Shown here: positions 33,301-42,522 of the stretch, piece by piece
Layout: every line of letters begins with the position of its first letter
Numbering within the stretch: the first letter of the stretch is position 1
Assembly: GCA_945863965.1 (NCBI GenBank)
Contig: CAMBBZ010000001.1
Span: forward strand, 199-64,198
Direction: 5' to 3'
From: Chitinophaga pinensis
GTDB taxonomy: Bacteria > Bacteroidota > Bacteroidia > NS11-12g > UBA955
DNA: 64,000 bases
Made by a program: the position numbers and the translations under genes
Notes under the pieces: model-generated
What the model was told of the DNA's origin: nothing
Database searches by the model: none
The model's input: only the letters and a program-made list of their open reading frames with translations

Positions 33301-34896
33301 ATGCTGGATGGCTTGTGGGTTACAATCCCAAACCTCGCAATAGTCTTTTAATGAAAATTTACGGCGCTCGGGCGTTATGTATTTGGCTTTGCGAATCCGA
33401 TTCAAATCTTGTAACTGCTTAGAAACCTTGGCTATTTGCTCGTCATTTTTAGGTTTAGCGAGGTACAATTTTTTGAGCATTTTTTGCAAATTTTCCACCG
33501 CAGGATCGGTTGGCATTCTGTTATAGAAGGCATAAATTTTCTCTATCGGGTTGGCCGTCAAAGCCCCTTGGATTTTATCGTAATAGATTTGACGAAAAAA
33601 ATCGTTCGACTCAAAAAAGGCAGGCTTATCGTTATTAAAGTTATCAAAATCCACAAAAGGCTCGTCGATTTTCCAAGACACGGTTTGCACGTCGATACTC
33701 ATATTATGATAATCGTTTTGAAAAACACCCCGTTGCAATCCGTCTTCCCCTTTATTCACCCGCAAGCGGTTTTGAGCATAATTAAAGGTAATGTCAACCG
33801 AGGGGTGAAAAATTCCCCCTTGGGTATCGAGATACATGGTAAATTCTGACTTTTTAGACAAGGCAACTCCATCTCGTATTTGAAAACCTTTGCTTTTCAA
33901 CGTCACCTTTTTTTCATTCTTAAAATAAATATCAATATACGAGGGCTTGCCATCGACCGTATTGGTTTGAATGGTTTTTCCAAGCAAGGTGAAACCGCCC
34001 GTAAAAATGGAACTTTCGCCCACAATTCCTTTAATTTTCAATTGGTTATCAAATGAAGTAAACTGTGGAAACTTCGAGGCTTGTTTATTTCCCTCAGAGA
34101 AAAAATCGCGCACCTCGTCTTTATAAGAACCCTTAATCGGCTTTGCGAAGTATCGGGGGAAATTCAATAACACCGTATCCACTTGATAGCGATAATCGTT
34201 CAATTCGATTCGAAACTTCTTAAAACTCACACTTGCCTTTTCACCTGGAAAAGAACGCTGCAAACTCGTTTCGCCTCGGATGCCTTCCCATATACCCTCA
34301 GTGAGGTAACATACCCCTTTGGTTTTAATTTCTATGGTATCGTTAACGGCAATACCCCGCAACAATACTTCCTCAAAAACAACGGCCAAACGGCCTTTTA
34401 TCATTTTCAAATCGTACCGCGTGGAATCAAACTGCCAATACCGAGTGGTTTGTTGGTGCAATTTGTTTTCCTTAAACAAACTTTCGGTTAAGGTTAAGAA
34501 ATCTAGGTATTCTTTATTGGTTTGCTCCACAAGGGCCGTTGCAATACCCATCCATTGTTGGAGCAAATCCTTGTTAAAACTGGACTCCAAACTTCGGGTA
34601 TAGTTCGCATAAAAAAGCTCAAAATAAGGCGTAAGTGTCATGCCTTGCTCGAGCATCTTATTCGACATTAGAATCAAATACCGTTGTTGTTCGGGGTTGT
34701 ACTTTCCGTTTAACCAATTTTGTTCAAAAGCCTCAAACGAGGCGATCGATTTTTTGTCTTTAAGAGTCGTATACTTTTCTTTCAGTTCTTGAATAAAAAC
34801 CAGTGGATCGTTATTAAAGCGTCGTGCATCTTGGGCGCGCAGCGAAGGTTGTAATAAGAATAAAAATGCAATCAGGACCGAACCAAGATATTTCAT
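30358..34896 (-). CDS. Large uncharacterised exported protein (1512 aa), beta-strand rich
   Basis: Long ORF. The likely start ATG 34896 gives a signal peptide MKYLGSVLIAFLFLLQPSLRA-Q. No family recognised with confidence. Confidence 0.85.
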   Translation of the reverse strand: MKYLGSVLIAFLFLLQPSLRAQDARRFNNDPLVFIQELKEKYTTLKDKKSIASFEAFEQNWLNGKYNPEQQRYLILMSNKMLEQGMTLTPYFELFYANYTRSLESSFNKDLLQQWMGIATALVEQTNKEYLDFLTLTESLFKENKLHQQTTRYWQFDSTRYDLKMIKGRLAVVFEEVLLRGIAVNDTIEIKTKGVCYLTEGIWEGIRGETSLQRSFPGEKASVSFKKFRIELNDYRYQVDTVLLNFPRYFAKPIKGSYKDEVRDFFSEGNKQASKFPQFTSFDNQLKIKGIVGESSIFTGGFTLLGKTIQTNTVDGKPSYIDIYFKNEKKVTLKSKGFQIRDGVALSKKSEFTMYLDTQGGIFHPSVDITFNYAQNRLRVNKGEDGLQRGVFQNDYHNMSIDVQTVSWKIDEPFVDFDNFNNDKPAFFESNDFFRQIYYDKIQGALTANPIEKIYAFYNRMPTDPAVENLQKMLKKLYLAKPKNDEQIAKVSKQLQDLNRIRKAKYITPERRKFSLKDYCEVWDCNPQAIQHAFIDLHDQGFLVYDFETDSAVITEKLFNYIIMNKKAKDYDVIRLSSVIAGRPNATLNLLSNEMNIEGVAAFNFSDSQSVYVLPKEQQVKLTKNRKLEFGGKVSAGRFEFFGEKFTFNYTNFDVYFEVIDSMRMFFPDESGVRLRPIKSVFRNIGGTLFIDKPNNKSGNINYPEYPIFKSNRGGDILYDKSSIHGGQYIADSFKFSVDPFTIDSLDNFTIDGLKFDGTFYSADIFPVFRHFVYIQPDYSLGFVKKTPPSGLKMYKGKGNGDMTMNLSEVGFYGQAGKIDYETSLTQFTRILMLPDSTLGPINNYDLSESPRYAAAHAKDAGLKWIPYADQYKITTDKWPTRTFQPGHGFTGTTTQSPSKLLGNGLLKWDLAEFRSAEMHMQPKQSVAQTASLQIYTHDTAKVAFVSDNINGAMNFQTRTGSFRSNIAGQPTRFPFNMYQTNLSDYIWKMDARTIEANVGATMAGLTPDFLSLNQRQDSLHFEGRKGLYDMNDYTLKVSEIPHIDFADSRIFLADGKVLIRKEANMDTVRKATIIANRIDKFHTIKEVTAKIYGRYGIGGSGDYKYVNKLGKEQKVHFDSMVVVTEKKLHAFGSIEEDNGFTLDTKIAFKGRSHLISAQREIRFRGLVKTMHTFDFMRESAWCKFDGDVNPLDVIIPMNPPRNASGAKIFVGLHVAKDSSHIYPVFNSTKRRLSDNDVTQDTGILYWDHEKQSFFSGSKQRLKGNELRGNYIQFNESDHSIHAEGPMDFGVESEQVKFRAAGTADLASGDSAFQFNLSMLMDFPLHPDFKKRMTEMFLGEGIGEVDLNTDFFKENLHQLIDDGDLRRDILRNVEQRNQIKGNLNLLGGKDETNYNFIFSDAKFRWDSKARGMFSDGTVSLVSLFGTPINKSINATIYMESKRGAEKMHIYLDDGVNKVYFFIQSYRVNIYSNDDQLVEIMANTNNKVKPRDFGVSATGERTVDRFLRKIGLD

Positions 34897-35029
34897 AAAC
34901 GATGTAAATATAAAACGAAAAAAAGTTCTGCATATTACGCAACACCAAATACAGCGAAAAAACACGCTGTATCCCAAGCGGTCTTTACAAAATAATACCG
35001 GCAATTGACGCTTGAAATTTTGCGGTAAA

Positions 35030-35068
35030 ATATCAGCAAACGACTTATTGTAAGTCATTTGCTGATAT
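35030..35068 (-). repeat. 18-bp inverted repeat downstream of tpiA
   Basis: ATATCAGCAAACGACTTA-TTG-TAAGTCATTTGCTGATAT; the single mismatch is a G-U pair on the minus strand. Confidence 0.7.
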
Positions 35069-35099
35069 ACTAAGACCTTATAAAAGGATTATTGAATCC

Positions 35100-35864
35100 T
35101 TATTGCGCGGCTCTAATAATATCGAAGAAATCTCTAGGCTTTAAGCTAGCGCCTCCAATAAGTCCCCCATCGATATCGGGTTGGCCGAATATATCTTTGG
35201 CGTTATCGGGTTTTACGCTACCTCCGTAAAGAATTCGAGTGGCATCGGCAACGGGTTGACCGTATTTTCCCGCTAACCACTGTCGCACGAATGCGTGAAT
35301 GTCTTGCGCTTGTTGGGCGGTGGCTGTTTTGCCCGTTCCAATGGCCCAAACGGGTTCATACGCAATTACCACCACATTCATTTCATCTGCACTGATGGAG
35401 TCCAATCCTTCTTCTAGTTGCAATTGAAGGACTTCCAAAAACTGATTATTCTCACGTTCGGATAGACTTTCTCCGATACAATAAATCGCAATAAGTTCCT
35501 CAGTTACAGCCGCTTTATTTTTAAGGGCACAAACAGCACTGGTTTCATTATAATACTGGCGGCGTTCGCTATGACCAATAATTGCATGGGTAACTCCTGC
35601 ACTTTTCAGCATGGCTGCGGACCATTCACCGGTGTAGGCTCCTTCTTTGTGTTCATTCACATTTTGGGCACCGATGGTAATTTCACTACCTTCCACCAAT
35701 CGCGCAGAAGACGCTAAGGCGAGGGCGGTAGGACAAATAACTATTTGAGCATGGTTATGACGAAATTCATCGCGAACTATTCCTCGGATTTCGGTTATCA
35801 AGGCCTGACTTTCGGTCAGATTTTTATGCATTTTCCAATTTCCTACAACGAGCGTTTTTCTCAT
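35100..35864 (-). CDS. tpiA: Triosephosphate isomerase
   Basis: GNWKM, GHSERR, AYEPVWAIGTG, LYGGSV, LIGGASL. Confidence 0.98.
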   Translation of the reverse strand: MRKTLVVGNWKMHKNLTESQALITEIRGIVRDEFRHNHAQIVICPTALALASSARLVEGSEITIGAQNVNEHKEGAYTGEWSAAMLKSAGVTHAIIGHSERRQYYNETSAVCALKNKAAVTEELIAIYCIGESLSERENNQFLEVLQLQLEEGLDSISADEMNVVVIAYEPVWAIGTGKTATAQQAQDIHAFVRQWLAGKYGQPVADATRILYGGSVKPDNAKDIFGQPDIDGGLIGGASLKPRDFFDIIRAAQ

Positions 35865-35873
35865 TTTGCAAAG

Positions 35874-36569
35874 TTACGCTATTTGATCAGGGTTTTGAAT
35901 TTCCTTAACCCATTGCAATGCAATTTGCAGTTGTTCTTTTTGCGAAATATGCGAATTATTAAGTAAACGATAATCGGCGGTTAATGTGAGGGGGCTGTCG
36001 GCGCGATTAGAGTCGATTTCATCTCGTGATTTTAAATTTGAAAGAACCGCGTTTAGCGTAATGTCGGAACCAGTGGCTACCAATTCTTTATACCGGCGTT
36101 CTGCACGTATTTCTGCATCGGCCGTCATGAAAATCTTTAGTTCTGCTTGAGGAAAAACAACAGTTCCGATATCCCTTCCATCCATTACCACGCCTTTTTG
36201 CGCGCCTAATTTTTGCTGCATTTGAACAAGGGTTTTACGCACTACAGACAAGGCGGCGACATCGCTTACCACCGCAGCTACATCCATTTCACGGATGCGC
36301 TTTTCAACAGATTTGTTATTCAAATAAATCTCAAAGCGTCCGCTATGCTCGTTTTTAACAAACTCGAGTTGAATTTGTGATAAGGCTTGTGCTACTTGGT
36401 TCTTATTTTGAGAAATGATTTCGTTTTCCAAAAAATACAGAGCCACGGCTCGGTACATAGAACCCGAATCTATAAACGTATAACCCAGTTCGTGTGCCAG
36501 TTCACGTGCCAATGTACCCTTTCCACAAGAACTATGTCCGTCTATGGCAATATTAATTTTTGAATGCAT
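35874..36569 (-). CDS. cmk: Cytidylate kinase
   Basis: IAIDGHSSCGKGT, DSGSMYR, MDGRDIGTVVFP. Confidence 0.97.
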   Translation of the reverse strand: MHSKINIAIDGHSSCGKGTLARELAHELGYTFIDSGSMYRAVALYFLENEIISQNKNQVAQALSQIQLEFVKNEHSGRFEIYLNNKSVEKRIREMDVAAVVSDVAALSVVRKTLVQMQQKLGAQKGVVMDGRDIGTVVFPQAELKIFMTADAEIRAERRYKELVATGSDITLNAVLSNLKSRDEIDSNRADSPLTLTADYRLLNNSHISQKEQLQIALQWVKEIQNPDQIA

Positions 36570-36572
36570 GTA

Positions 36573-37610
36573 TTATTGATAAAACGAAGGAATAATCGAC
36601 AAACTCAAGGTATTGGTATTTTGACCGGGAAACAGCGAAGCGCTGCCGTAGGTAAGATGGTATTTCCATAACTTAAGGCGAACGCCCCATCCAAAACCAG
36701 CCAATCCTCCCCTAACCGCGGGAGCCATTTCTTGCCTTCTTTGGTGGTTATATCCCACTAATAATCCCAAATGTTTACCCATAACCAACTCTCCGCCTAA
36801 GGCAATATGTCGGGCTACTTTATCTGCGAGACTCGCCCCGGGAACGACTACCGACAAACCTCCGATATCCATAATATTACTAGATAAATATTGGTTATAG
36901 GTCATGCCCATAAAACGCTGTAACGAATGCAACGTTGCATGAAAGCGAAAGGGCATGTGCAGGGGTTTATACGAAGCCCCTATCGCAATATTGAGAGGTA
37001 AAGGTTCGCGATCGGCCCCACGGTAACTTACTAATTGAAGTCCCAAATTTTTGACCACCATTCCAAAATGCACGCCCGAATCGGATCGCGAATAATGGGC
37101 GCCTAAATTCAGCATGGCGGCGGTAGACACGAAGGGACCTAAAACGGCATAGGTAAATCCGGTTTGTGCCCCCAACACCAAGCGCGAATCAAATTCTCTA
37201 GAGTACCCCAAGGTAAATTTCATTTCGTTCGCCGTAATTTCCCCCAAAGAATTTCCCCCAGGATCAAACGATGCCATTTTACCGTAGTCTAAGTATTGGG
37301 CATGAAAAGACACATTGTGTTTTTGATTAATGTTGTGCGCATATCCGGCTCCACCTATACGAACGCCAGGAACCACGGTTCCATAAGAAGCGCCAAACTG
37401 TTGGTGCAGTGATTTGTTCAACAAGGCTGGATTATCGAGTGCAAATTGCACGTCGGATAAGGGCAAGGCGAGTAAATGACCGCCCCAAGCCATAGACCGG
37501 GCATGTAGCGGTAAATTCATTATGGGCATGACCCCACTGCCGCCAATTTGCGCCCCAACCGGGCTTTGACTTACGAATACAAATAGAAAAAGTACGAAAT
37601 ATCGAATCAT
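36573..37610 (-). CDS. porQ: Type IX secretion system outer-membrane protein PorQ
   Basis: Signal peptide then QIGG, ARSMAWGG, NPALL, YLDYG, H.PFRF..TLH.L, GYNHQRRQE: PorQ/PorV-type barrel pattern; linked to cmk as in other Bacteroidota. Confidence 0.8.
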   Translation of the reverse strand: MIRYFVLFLFVFVSQSPVGAQIGGSGVMPIMNLPLHARSMAWGGHLLALPLSDVQFALDNPALLNKSLHQQFGASYGTVVPGVRIGGAGYAHNINQKHNVSFHAQYLDYGKMASFDPGGNSLGEITANEMKFTLGYSREFDSRLVLGAQTGFTYAVLGPFVSTAAMLNLGAHYSRSDSGVHFGMVVKNLGLQLVSYRGADREPLPLNIAIGASYKPLHMPFRFHATLHSLQRFMGMTYNQYLSSNIMDIGGLSVVVPGASLADKVARHIALGGELVMGKHLGLLVGYNHQRRQEMAPAVRGGLAGFGWGVRLKLWKYHLTYGSASLFPGQNTNTLSLSIIPSFYQ

Positions 37611-37650
37611 GCTTTGCAAAAATAGGGTTTATTCCGAACTTCGCACGCTC

Positions 37651-38580
37651 GTGGATACAGGCATCATATTTGGTTTAGAAAATCTTCATAGCAAGGGTTA
37701 TGTGCTTACCCAAGGCACCTTTGACGGGGTGCATATAGGGCATCAACACGTTCTTAATCAGGTTGTTGAAGAGGCGAAAAAACAGAACTTGCCCAGCATG
37801 TTACTTACCTTCCATCCCCATCCACGCAGCATCGTTCAACCGGAAATGGGAAATCCACAAATTCTCTCTTCCATTCAAGAAAAAGCGCAACGGGTACTAG
37901 ACTCGGGCATTGATGTGGTTTTGGTACTCGCCTTTACGGAGGAAATTTCTCAATACAGTCCCAGCGAATTTATTGAGCGCATTTTATGCGAACGCATTGG
38001 CGTGAAAAGTATTGTAGTAGGCTACGACCACCGATTTGGGAAAAATCGAGAAGGGCGATTCGAGAATCTCACGGCCCTGTCCGCGCATTACGGATTTACC
38101 GTATTAGAAATAGCGGCGCACGAAATTGATAACATTGCCATATCCTCAACCCGTATCCGACGTTTTTTAAGCGAGGGAAACTTGGAGCGAGCTAATGATT
38201 TATTGGGTTATGATTATCCGTTGAGTGGCGAAGTGATTCACGGACAAAAAAGAGGCCGTACAATTGGCTTTCCCACTGCCAATATCCAACTCGAGGAGCC
38301 CCACAAATTAGTGCCCCCTAACGGCGTGTATGCGGCACACGTAACCATCGGCCTTATAACCTATCCAGTGGTGATGAATATAGGAGTACGACCAACGGTA
38401 AATGGCACCGAAAAAAGCATCGAAGCGCACATAATTGGCCTTGATCAAGACCTCTATAATCAAAGAATTCAAGTTCACTTGCGGTTTTATTTAAGAAAGG
38501 AACGTAAATTTGCAAACTTGGAATTGTTAAAAGAACAAATCCAATACGATGTCAATCATGCAGTTCAAATCCTTTCTTAA
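37651..38580 (+). CDS. ribF: Bifunctional riboflavin kinase/FAD synthetase
   Basis: GTFDGVHIGH, TFHPHP, GYDHRFG, ISSTRIR, GFPTAN, NIGVRPT. Probable GTG start at 37651. Confidence 0.96.
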   Translation: MDTGIIFGLENLHSKGYVLTQGTFDGVHIGHQHVLNQVVEEAKKQNLPSMLLTFHPHPRSIVQPEMGNPQILSSIQEKAQRVLDSGIDVVLVLAFTEEISQYSPSEFIERILCERIGVKSIVVGYDHRFGKNREGRFENLTALSAHYGFTVLEIAAHEIDNIAISSTRIRRFLSEGNLERANDLLGYDYPLSGEVIHGQKRGRTIGFPTANIQLEEPHKLVPPNGVYAAHVTIGLITYPVVMNIGVRPTVNGTEKSIEAHIIGLDQDLYNQRIQVHLRFYLRKERKFANLELLKEQIQYDVNHAVQILS

Positions 38581-39271
38581 CCCGTATACCCTTTGTTTTG
38601 TTCTTGGGATTTTCCTAAGCCCCTACACGGGTTTTGCCTCTCCCGATACCGATAGTTTACAGCGCTTAGTTGAACCCGAATTAACCCAAACGACCCAACG
38701 TTTTTACCCCGAATTATCCTTTGATTACGCCTTCGATTTAGACGCGCTCAACCCCTACCGATTCGACGTTTCTACCCTACAAGATACTTTTTTACTCGTA
38801 ATGGCCGACAGCCAATGTGGATTTTCCTTCCCCCATTGGGGAAAAGTTAACTCTACATTTGGATGGAGAAAAGGCCGCGTGCATTCCGGCATAGATTTAC
38901 AAATAGAATGGGGCGATACCATTAGGGGGGCCTTTGATGGCGTCGTGCGGGTGAGTCAATTCCACAAAGCCTACGGAAATTTTATTATCATACGCCATTA
39001 CAACGGACTAGAAACCCTTTACGCCCATTTGCAATCGCGATTTGTAGTTCATGGAGACGCCGTTTCCGCAGGTCAGATTATCGGACAAGGAGGCAGTACG
39101 GGTCGCTCAACCGGGGCACACTTGCACTTTGAAACCCGTTTTTTAGGTCGACCTATAGACCCAGAAACCTTCATCGATTTTGATGCGCGCTGCTTGAAAT
39201 CTACGGTTGCTAGCGTTCATGCGGGCAGCTTCGATATTCCCCAAACAAAAAAAAGCCAACGAATGTTCTAA
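38549..39271 (+). CDS. M23 family metallopeptidase
   Basis: HSGID (HxxxD), RHYNGLETLYAHL, STGAHLHFE (HxH). Start could be 38558. Confidence 0.92.
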   Translation: MSIMQFKSFLNPYTLCFVLGIFLSPYTGFASPDTDSLQRLVEPELTQTTQRFYPELSFDYAFDLDALNPYRFDVSTLQDTFLLVMADSQCGFSFPHWGKVNSTFGWRKGRVHSGIDLQIEWGDTIRGAFDGVVRVSQFHKAYGNFIIIRHYNGLETLYAHLQSRFVVHGDAVSAGQIIGQGGSTGRSTGAHLHFETRFLGRPIDPETFIDFDARCLKSTVASVHAGSFDIPQTKKSQRMF

Positions 39272-39328
39272 AGTTTTACGTTTATGATTCGGGAATCCAC
39301 CCGTAATCGGTAAATTTGCGTTTTAACA

Positions 39329-40048
39329 GTGAGCATTCAAGTAATACAATTAACCAAAACCTACGGCAAACAACAAGCCGTGGACCATATTGATTTTCAT
39401 GTAGCTACCGGCGAAATCGTCGGTTTTTTGGGTCCTAACGGGGCCGGAAAATCTACCACCATGAAAATGATTACCGGATTTATTCCCCCAAGTTCTGGCG
39501 GTGGTTCTGTTTGCGGTATCGATATGGTTGAAAACAGCCTCGAGGTTCGAAAAATCGTAGGTTATTTACCTGAAAACAATCCCTTGTATCCGGAAATGTA
39601 TATTAAGGAGTATTTGACCTTCATGGCAGGTTTATCAGGTGTTTCCGACGTAAAAAAAGCGGTTACTGACGCTATCGCACTCACCCGACTTGGACCAGAA
39701 CAACATAAAAAAATAGGACAGTTATCTAAAGGATATCGCCAACGCGTAGGCCTCGCCCAAGCCCTCCTTCACAACCCTAAAGTACTTATATTAGACGAAC
39801 CCACCAGCGGACTTGACCCCATACAAGTTGCCGAAATGCGCAATGTAATTACCGATTTAGGGAAGGAAAAAACAGTTATGTTGAGTACCCACATCATGCA
39901 AGAAGTAGAGGCCATGTGCGAACGTGTTATAATGATTAACAAAGGCAAAATCGTGGCTAATGAGACGCTTACTTCCCTTAAGGAACGCCACAAAGGCAGT
40001 TTAGAAGATATTTTCAAACAATTAACGCATCATGTGGACCTTATATAA
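39329..40048 (+). CDS. gldA: Gliding-associated ABC transporter ATP-binding protein GldA
   Basis: GPNGAGKST, LSKGYRQRVG, LDEPT; directly upstream of gldF and gldG. TAAATTTG promoter box at 39311-39318. Confidence 0.85.
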   Translation: MSIQVIQLTKTYGKQQAVDHIDFHVATGEIVGFLGPNGAGKSTTMKMITGFIPPSSGGGSVCGIDMVENSLEVRKIVGYLPENNPLYPEMYIKEYLTFMAGLSGVSDVKKAVTDAIALTRLGPEQHKKIGQLSKGYRQRVGLAQALLHNPKVLILDEPTSGLDPIQVAEMRNVITDLGKEKTVMLSTHIMQEVEAMCERVIMINKGKIVANETLTSLKERHKGSLEDIFKQLTHHVDLI

Positions 40049-40760
40049 AAAAGAAATACGGAGCTTTTTGGGTTCCCTTATTGCCTATATCGTGATGGGT
40101 GTTTACCTGGTTTTAACAGGGCTTTTTCTTTGGTTCGTTGATGGAAACAATGTGTTTGACCTAGGCATCGCCTCCTTGCAGGTAATGTTTGACATTGCGC
40201 CTTACATCTTGATTTTCTTAGTTTCGGCAGTTACCATGCGCAGTATATCTGATGAAAAAAGACTCGGAACCTTAGAAATTTTAACGACCAAACCCATTAC
40301 CGATACCGCAATTATTCTATCCAAATTTTTCGCATCGCTCACCCTCATTTTATTCGCCCTTTTACTAACGAGCGTTTACGCCTATACCATTTCCCAACTA
40401 GCCAATCCCATAGGCAACGTTGATATGGGATCTATGTTGGGTAGTTATTTAGGACTATTGTTACTGGCCGCTTGTTACACCGCAATCGGTTTGTTTAGCA
40501 GTTCCATTACCGACAATCAAATAGTAGCGCTGTTAACAAGCATGGTAATCTCCTTCTTCTTTTATGCTGTATTGTCGATGCTCGGCGACGTATCTTGGCT
40601 CGACTCTATTGGAAGAAGTTTGGCCTGGTTTGGGTTGGAATTTCATTACGATTCTATCAGTCGCGGTGTCGTTGACACCCGTGATATTGTGTTTTTTGGC
40701 GGCTTTACCGCTATTTTCTTAGGATGTACCCAATTGGTTTTTGAAAGCAGAAAATGGTAA
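40032..40760 (+). CDS. gldF: Gliding-associated ABC permease GldF
   Basis: KKEIRSFLGSLIAY, TMRSISDEKRLGTLEIL, TDNQIVA, HYDSISRGVVD. Confidence 0.92.
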   Translation: MWTLYKKEIRSFLGSLIAYIVMGVYLVLTGLFLWFVDGNNVFDLGIASLQVMFDIAPYILIFLVSAVTMRSISDEKRLGTLEILTTKPITDTAIILSKFFASLTLILFALLLTSVYAYTISQLANPIGNVDMGSMLGSYLGLLLLAACYTAIGLFSSSITDNQIVALLTSMVISFFFYAVLSMLGDVSWLDSIGRSLAWFGLEFHYDSISRGVVDTRDIVFFGGFTAIFLGCTQLVFESRKW

Positions 40761-42514
40761 GAAAACACACCAACCGAAAAATACAATCCTACCTCAATTT
40801 TGGGGTATTGTTGTTGCTTGTAGGCCTTGTTAATGTATTGGGAAATATATACTACCAACGTTTTGACCTAACCGAAGAAAAGCGCTATACACTCAGCGAA
40901 ACCAGTAAAAAGCTAGCCAAAGCACTCAAAGAACCCGTTTATATTAAGCTTTACCTCGACGGAGAAATGTCGGCCCGCTTTAAACGACTCAAACTCGAAA
41001 TTCGCGATTTGGTGTTAGAGTTCCGAGAAGCCAGCGGTCAGCAAATCGAATTGGAAATCATCGATCCCATAAAAGGCCTTTCCGAAAATGAGATGGAAGA
41101 AGTGTTTCAAGATTTCGTACAACGTGGCGTTCAGCCGGTGCGGGATGTTGATAAGGAAAAAGGCGACGAAACACGCATTAAATATTTATTGCCAGGAGCC
41201 GAACTTTTTTACGGGGAAAAACGAGGCAGTGTTAACTTTTTTGAATTCGACGTGGCCAAAACACCCGATGAAAATATTAACAAAGCCATTGATAATATCG
41301 AATATGAAATTGCCAACGGACTGCGTCAAGTTTCCCAAGAAAAATCCAAACGCATCGTTGTAGCCGAAGGCAATGGCGAAATGATTGGACCTGAGGTTAA
41401 CAGTTTCGCCGGGGAGCTCATGAAATATTATCAAATTTCATCGTTAAACCTCAATTTTAGCGATCCAGAGGCCGCAAGACCTTGGGCTGCCGACATTGAA
41501 AAGAATCCGTCTAAAGCCGATGAAATTTTCGTAAATGGATTACACGGTCGTTTAAATCTCAACGACTTACTACTCATCATTAAGCCCTTGAACGATTATA
41601 ACGATCAAGAATTGTATTTGATTGATCAATTCATGATGAAGGGGGGGCGCGTTATGTGGTTAGTGGATCCGGTGCACATGGAAATTGATAGTTTCAGGAA
41701 TTACAAACAAGTGTTAGCCATGAACCGTAATTTAGAGAATATACAATCGCTCTTATTTCATTACGGATTGGTCCTCAAGAATACCCTTTTGGCGGATTTG
41801 AATTGCAATCGCATTCCTATTCCCGCTTCTGGCCGTATGGAATTAGTAGATTTTCCATATTTCCCACTTTTACAGGGAAGTCCCCAAGAACACCCGATTT
41901 CCAAAAACATTGGAGCGGTTTGGTCCCAATTTCCCGCCCATATAGAACCTAAAATTCGTCCTAATTTAGACATTATCCCGCTATTGGTCTCTTCCCCCTA
42001 TTCGAAAATCATCAATACCCCCGCCCCTATTGATTTGGAATCCGTGTACATGCAAATGCGCGATCCAGAGGCACGTAAAACCTATGTTTCTGGGGAAAAA
42101 ATCGCCGCAGTTTTAATGGAAGGTACCTTTCAATCCCGATACCAATACATGAAAAAATACGGCAACATCCCGTATCTAAAAGAGGGCAAAAGTAAAATGA
42201 TATTAATTGCGGATGCCGATATTGCGCGCAACCCCGTTGATACGCGCGGCAGCACCTATCCAACCGGCTATGACAAAATAAGCCAATTTACATTTGCCAA
42301 CAAAAAATTCTTACTCAATTGTGTGGATTACCTCATCGACGATAACGGACTTATCGAAATCCGCTCAAAGGAACGCCGTGTACGCTTATTAGATCCCGAA
42401 AAAAGCAAGGAAGAACGTGCTTACTGGCAATGGTTTTCGATGCTGTTGCCCTTGGGTTTAATGTCATTTTTCGGCCTCATAAACTATTTCCTCCGCATCA
42501 AGCGTTATACGTAA
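40754..42514 (+). CDS. gldG: Gliding-associated ABC accessory protein GldG
   Basis: RFDLTEEKRYTLS, IDQFMMKGG, FANKKFLLNCVDYL, GLIEIRSKE, C-terminal TM segment. Confidence 0.9.
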   Translation: MVRKHTNRKIQSYLNFGVLLLLVGLVNVLGNIYYQRFDLTEEKRYTLSETSKKLAKALKEPVYIKLYLDGEMSARFKRLKLEIRDLVLEFREASGQQIELEIIDPIKGLSENEMEEVFQDFVQRGVQPVRDVDKEKGDETRIKYLLPGAELFYGEKRGSVNFFEFDVAKTPDENINKAIDNIEYEIANGLRQVSQEKSKRIVVAEGNGEMIGPEVNSFAGELMKYYQISSLNLNFSDPEAARPWAADIEKNPSKADEIFVNGLHGRLNLNDLLLIIKPLNDYNDQELYLIDQFMMKGGRVMWLVDPVHMEIDSFRNYKQVLAMNRNLENIQSLLFHYGLVLKNTLLADLNCNRIPIPASGRMELVDFPYFPLLQGSPQEHPISKNIGAVWSQFPAHIEPKIRPNLDIIPLLVSSPYSKIINTPAPIDLESVYMQMRDPEARKTYVSGEKIAAVLMEGTFQSRYQYMKKYGNIPYLKEGKSKMILIADADIARNPVDTRGSTYPTGYDKISQFTFANKKFLLNCVDYLIDDNGLIEIRSKERRVRLLDPEKSKEERAYWQWFSMLLPLGLMSFFGLINYFLRIKRYT

Positions 42515-42522
42515 ATTAAGTC

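Noticed and set aside
34897..35058. Cys-rich 54-aa N-terminal extension of the giant ORF (similar extensions on truA, glnA, rpmC, ribF and the Asp-box gene)
   Set aside because: These are longest-ORF artefacts; downstream starts give proper signal peptides or family N-termini, and several sit just after promoter boxes.
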